This document shows positions 63,037-64,000 of a DNA stretch of 64,000 nucleotides, piece by piece; positions within the stretch are counted from its first letter, which is position 1, and the number at the start of each line of letters is the position of its first letter. The notes below the pieces were generated by a model. That model made no database searches, was not told the origin of the DNA, and saw only the letters and a program-made list of their open reading frames with translations. Made by a program: the position numbers and the translations under genes. Source of the DNA: Candidatus Latescibacterota bacterium (lineage in GTDB: Bacteria; Latescibacterota; UBA2968; UBA8231); assembly GCA_965248265.1 (NCBI GenBank), contig CBDFJF010000001.1:1856001-1920000 (forward strand). Reading direction: 5' to 3'.

Positions 63037-63362
63037 TACGTTCGGATCCTCATCTCATTGCTATATTCGTCTTCCACGTACCGCTGAGCCGGAATGTGTC
63101 TCGAGTCGGAATCCCGGTCAAGCTCGTCTGCACCTGCCGTACAGGCCACTCAAGCAGGTCGATGACATTCTCGGCGACCGCTCGAGTGCCGTCGCCTCCT
63201 GCGATTCGGCCAGGTCCTCCCCGTACGACGCTTCGACACCGCATGCACTTCGATTTAAGCTATCAACGTCTCTATATCCAAGAACTTCGAGTGTGATCAG
63301 GCTCGGCTCGACGTTCATGAACATTGACGAGCCAGGGTGGCATCTGGAGAAGTAAGGCAGTG

Positions 63363-64000
63363 ATGACCGACAACAGAGTGCCCTTTCTGGGTTTGAATTT
63401 TGACAACCTGGATCTGCCCGGTGCCCTTGCGCGTATTGAGCAGTTCATCGCTGAGCGCAAACCGAGGATGATCTTCACGCCCAATGTCGCCCTGTTGGTG
63501 TGGTCACGGAGCGATGCGTTTCTGAAGAAAACCTATACCTGTTGCGATATGGTGACGGTCGATGGCATGGCCATCTATTACGCCATGAAAATATTGGGTA
63601 GCCCATTGAAGGAGTCGCTCAGTGCCTCCGTGATGTTCTACCCGTTGTTTGAGCTCTCACAGGATAAGCGGTACAAGATATTCATGGTTGGTGCCCGGGA
63701 GAGCGTGGTGGCTACCGCCGTGGCCAACCTGCGTACACAGTACCCGGATGCCCGCATCGTCGGTTTTCATCATGGCTACTTCGATATGGAAAACCCCCCG
63801 GCCGAATTGGTCAGGGAGATTCAGCAGACGGAACCCGACATATTAATGATCGGTATGGCGACACCCTACAAAGAACAGTTCGTGGTATCGAACCTTGCGG
63901 AGATGAATGTCCCGGTCAGTCTTGGCGTTGGCGGTATGTTCGATATCGCAGCAGGGGAAGCCCACTTTGCCCCTGTATGGATTCGCAAACTCGCACTTGA
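63363..64000 (+). CDS. WecG/TagA/CpsF-family glycosyltransferase (runs off window)
   Basis: Manual translation: FTPNV, VDGM, IVGFHHGYF, PDILMIGMATPYKE, GVGGMFD, AP.W. Confidence 0.88.
   Translation, partial: MTDNRVPFLGLNFDNLDLPGALARIEQFIAERKPRMIFTPNVALLVWSRSDAFLKKTYTCCDMVTVDGMAIYYAMKILGSPLKESLSASVMFYPLFELSQDKRYKIFMVGARESVVATAVANLRTQYPDARIVGFHHGYFDMENPPAELVREIQQTEPDILMIGMATPYKEQFVVSNLAEMNVPVSLGVGGMFDIAAGEAHFAPVWIRKLAL

Overview
GC-rich (roughly 60-63% by eye) chromosomal segment of a diderm bacterium, most likely a non-Bacteroidota member of the FCB group (Latescibacterota-like; inferred from PorU/PorV/CTD proteins and a Fibrobacter-type LexA box). It is mostly housekeeping: ppdK-parA-parB, larB-mobA, cyoE, ligA, argR-argB-argD-argH, tilS-ftsH-folP-cdaA, lexA, era-purD, folB-folK, rpmB, comF, pgk-tpiA-secG-tRNA-Leu(GAG), an M16 peptidase, a HelD/UvrD helicase and the fnlABC UDP-L-FucNAc genes. 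The most notable block is a ~15 kb, seven-gene T9SS-like envelope cluster (31971-47027). Its PorU carries Ser where the catalytic Cys should be, its M6-like CTD protein lacks the HExxH zinc motif, and it also encodes a peptidase/PD40/Omp85-like barrel protein and two uncharacterised paralogs. Other signals read from the sequence: a 162-bp MITE inserted at a stop codon between two enolase-superfamily paralogs appended to the arg operon; repeated unrelated tandem arrays that begin at or copy stop codons; a HelD with Walker-B E->K; a frameshifted gene behind a sigma54 promoter; an uncalled 55-aa gene behind a sigma28-like -10; and a probably leaderless ligA. All family assignments come from motif recognition, not database searches.
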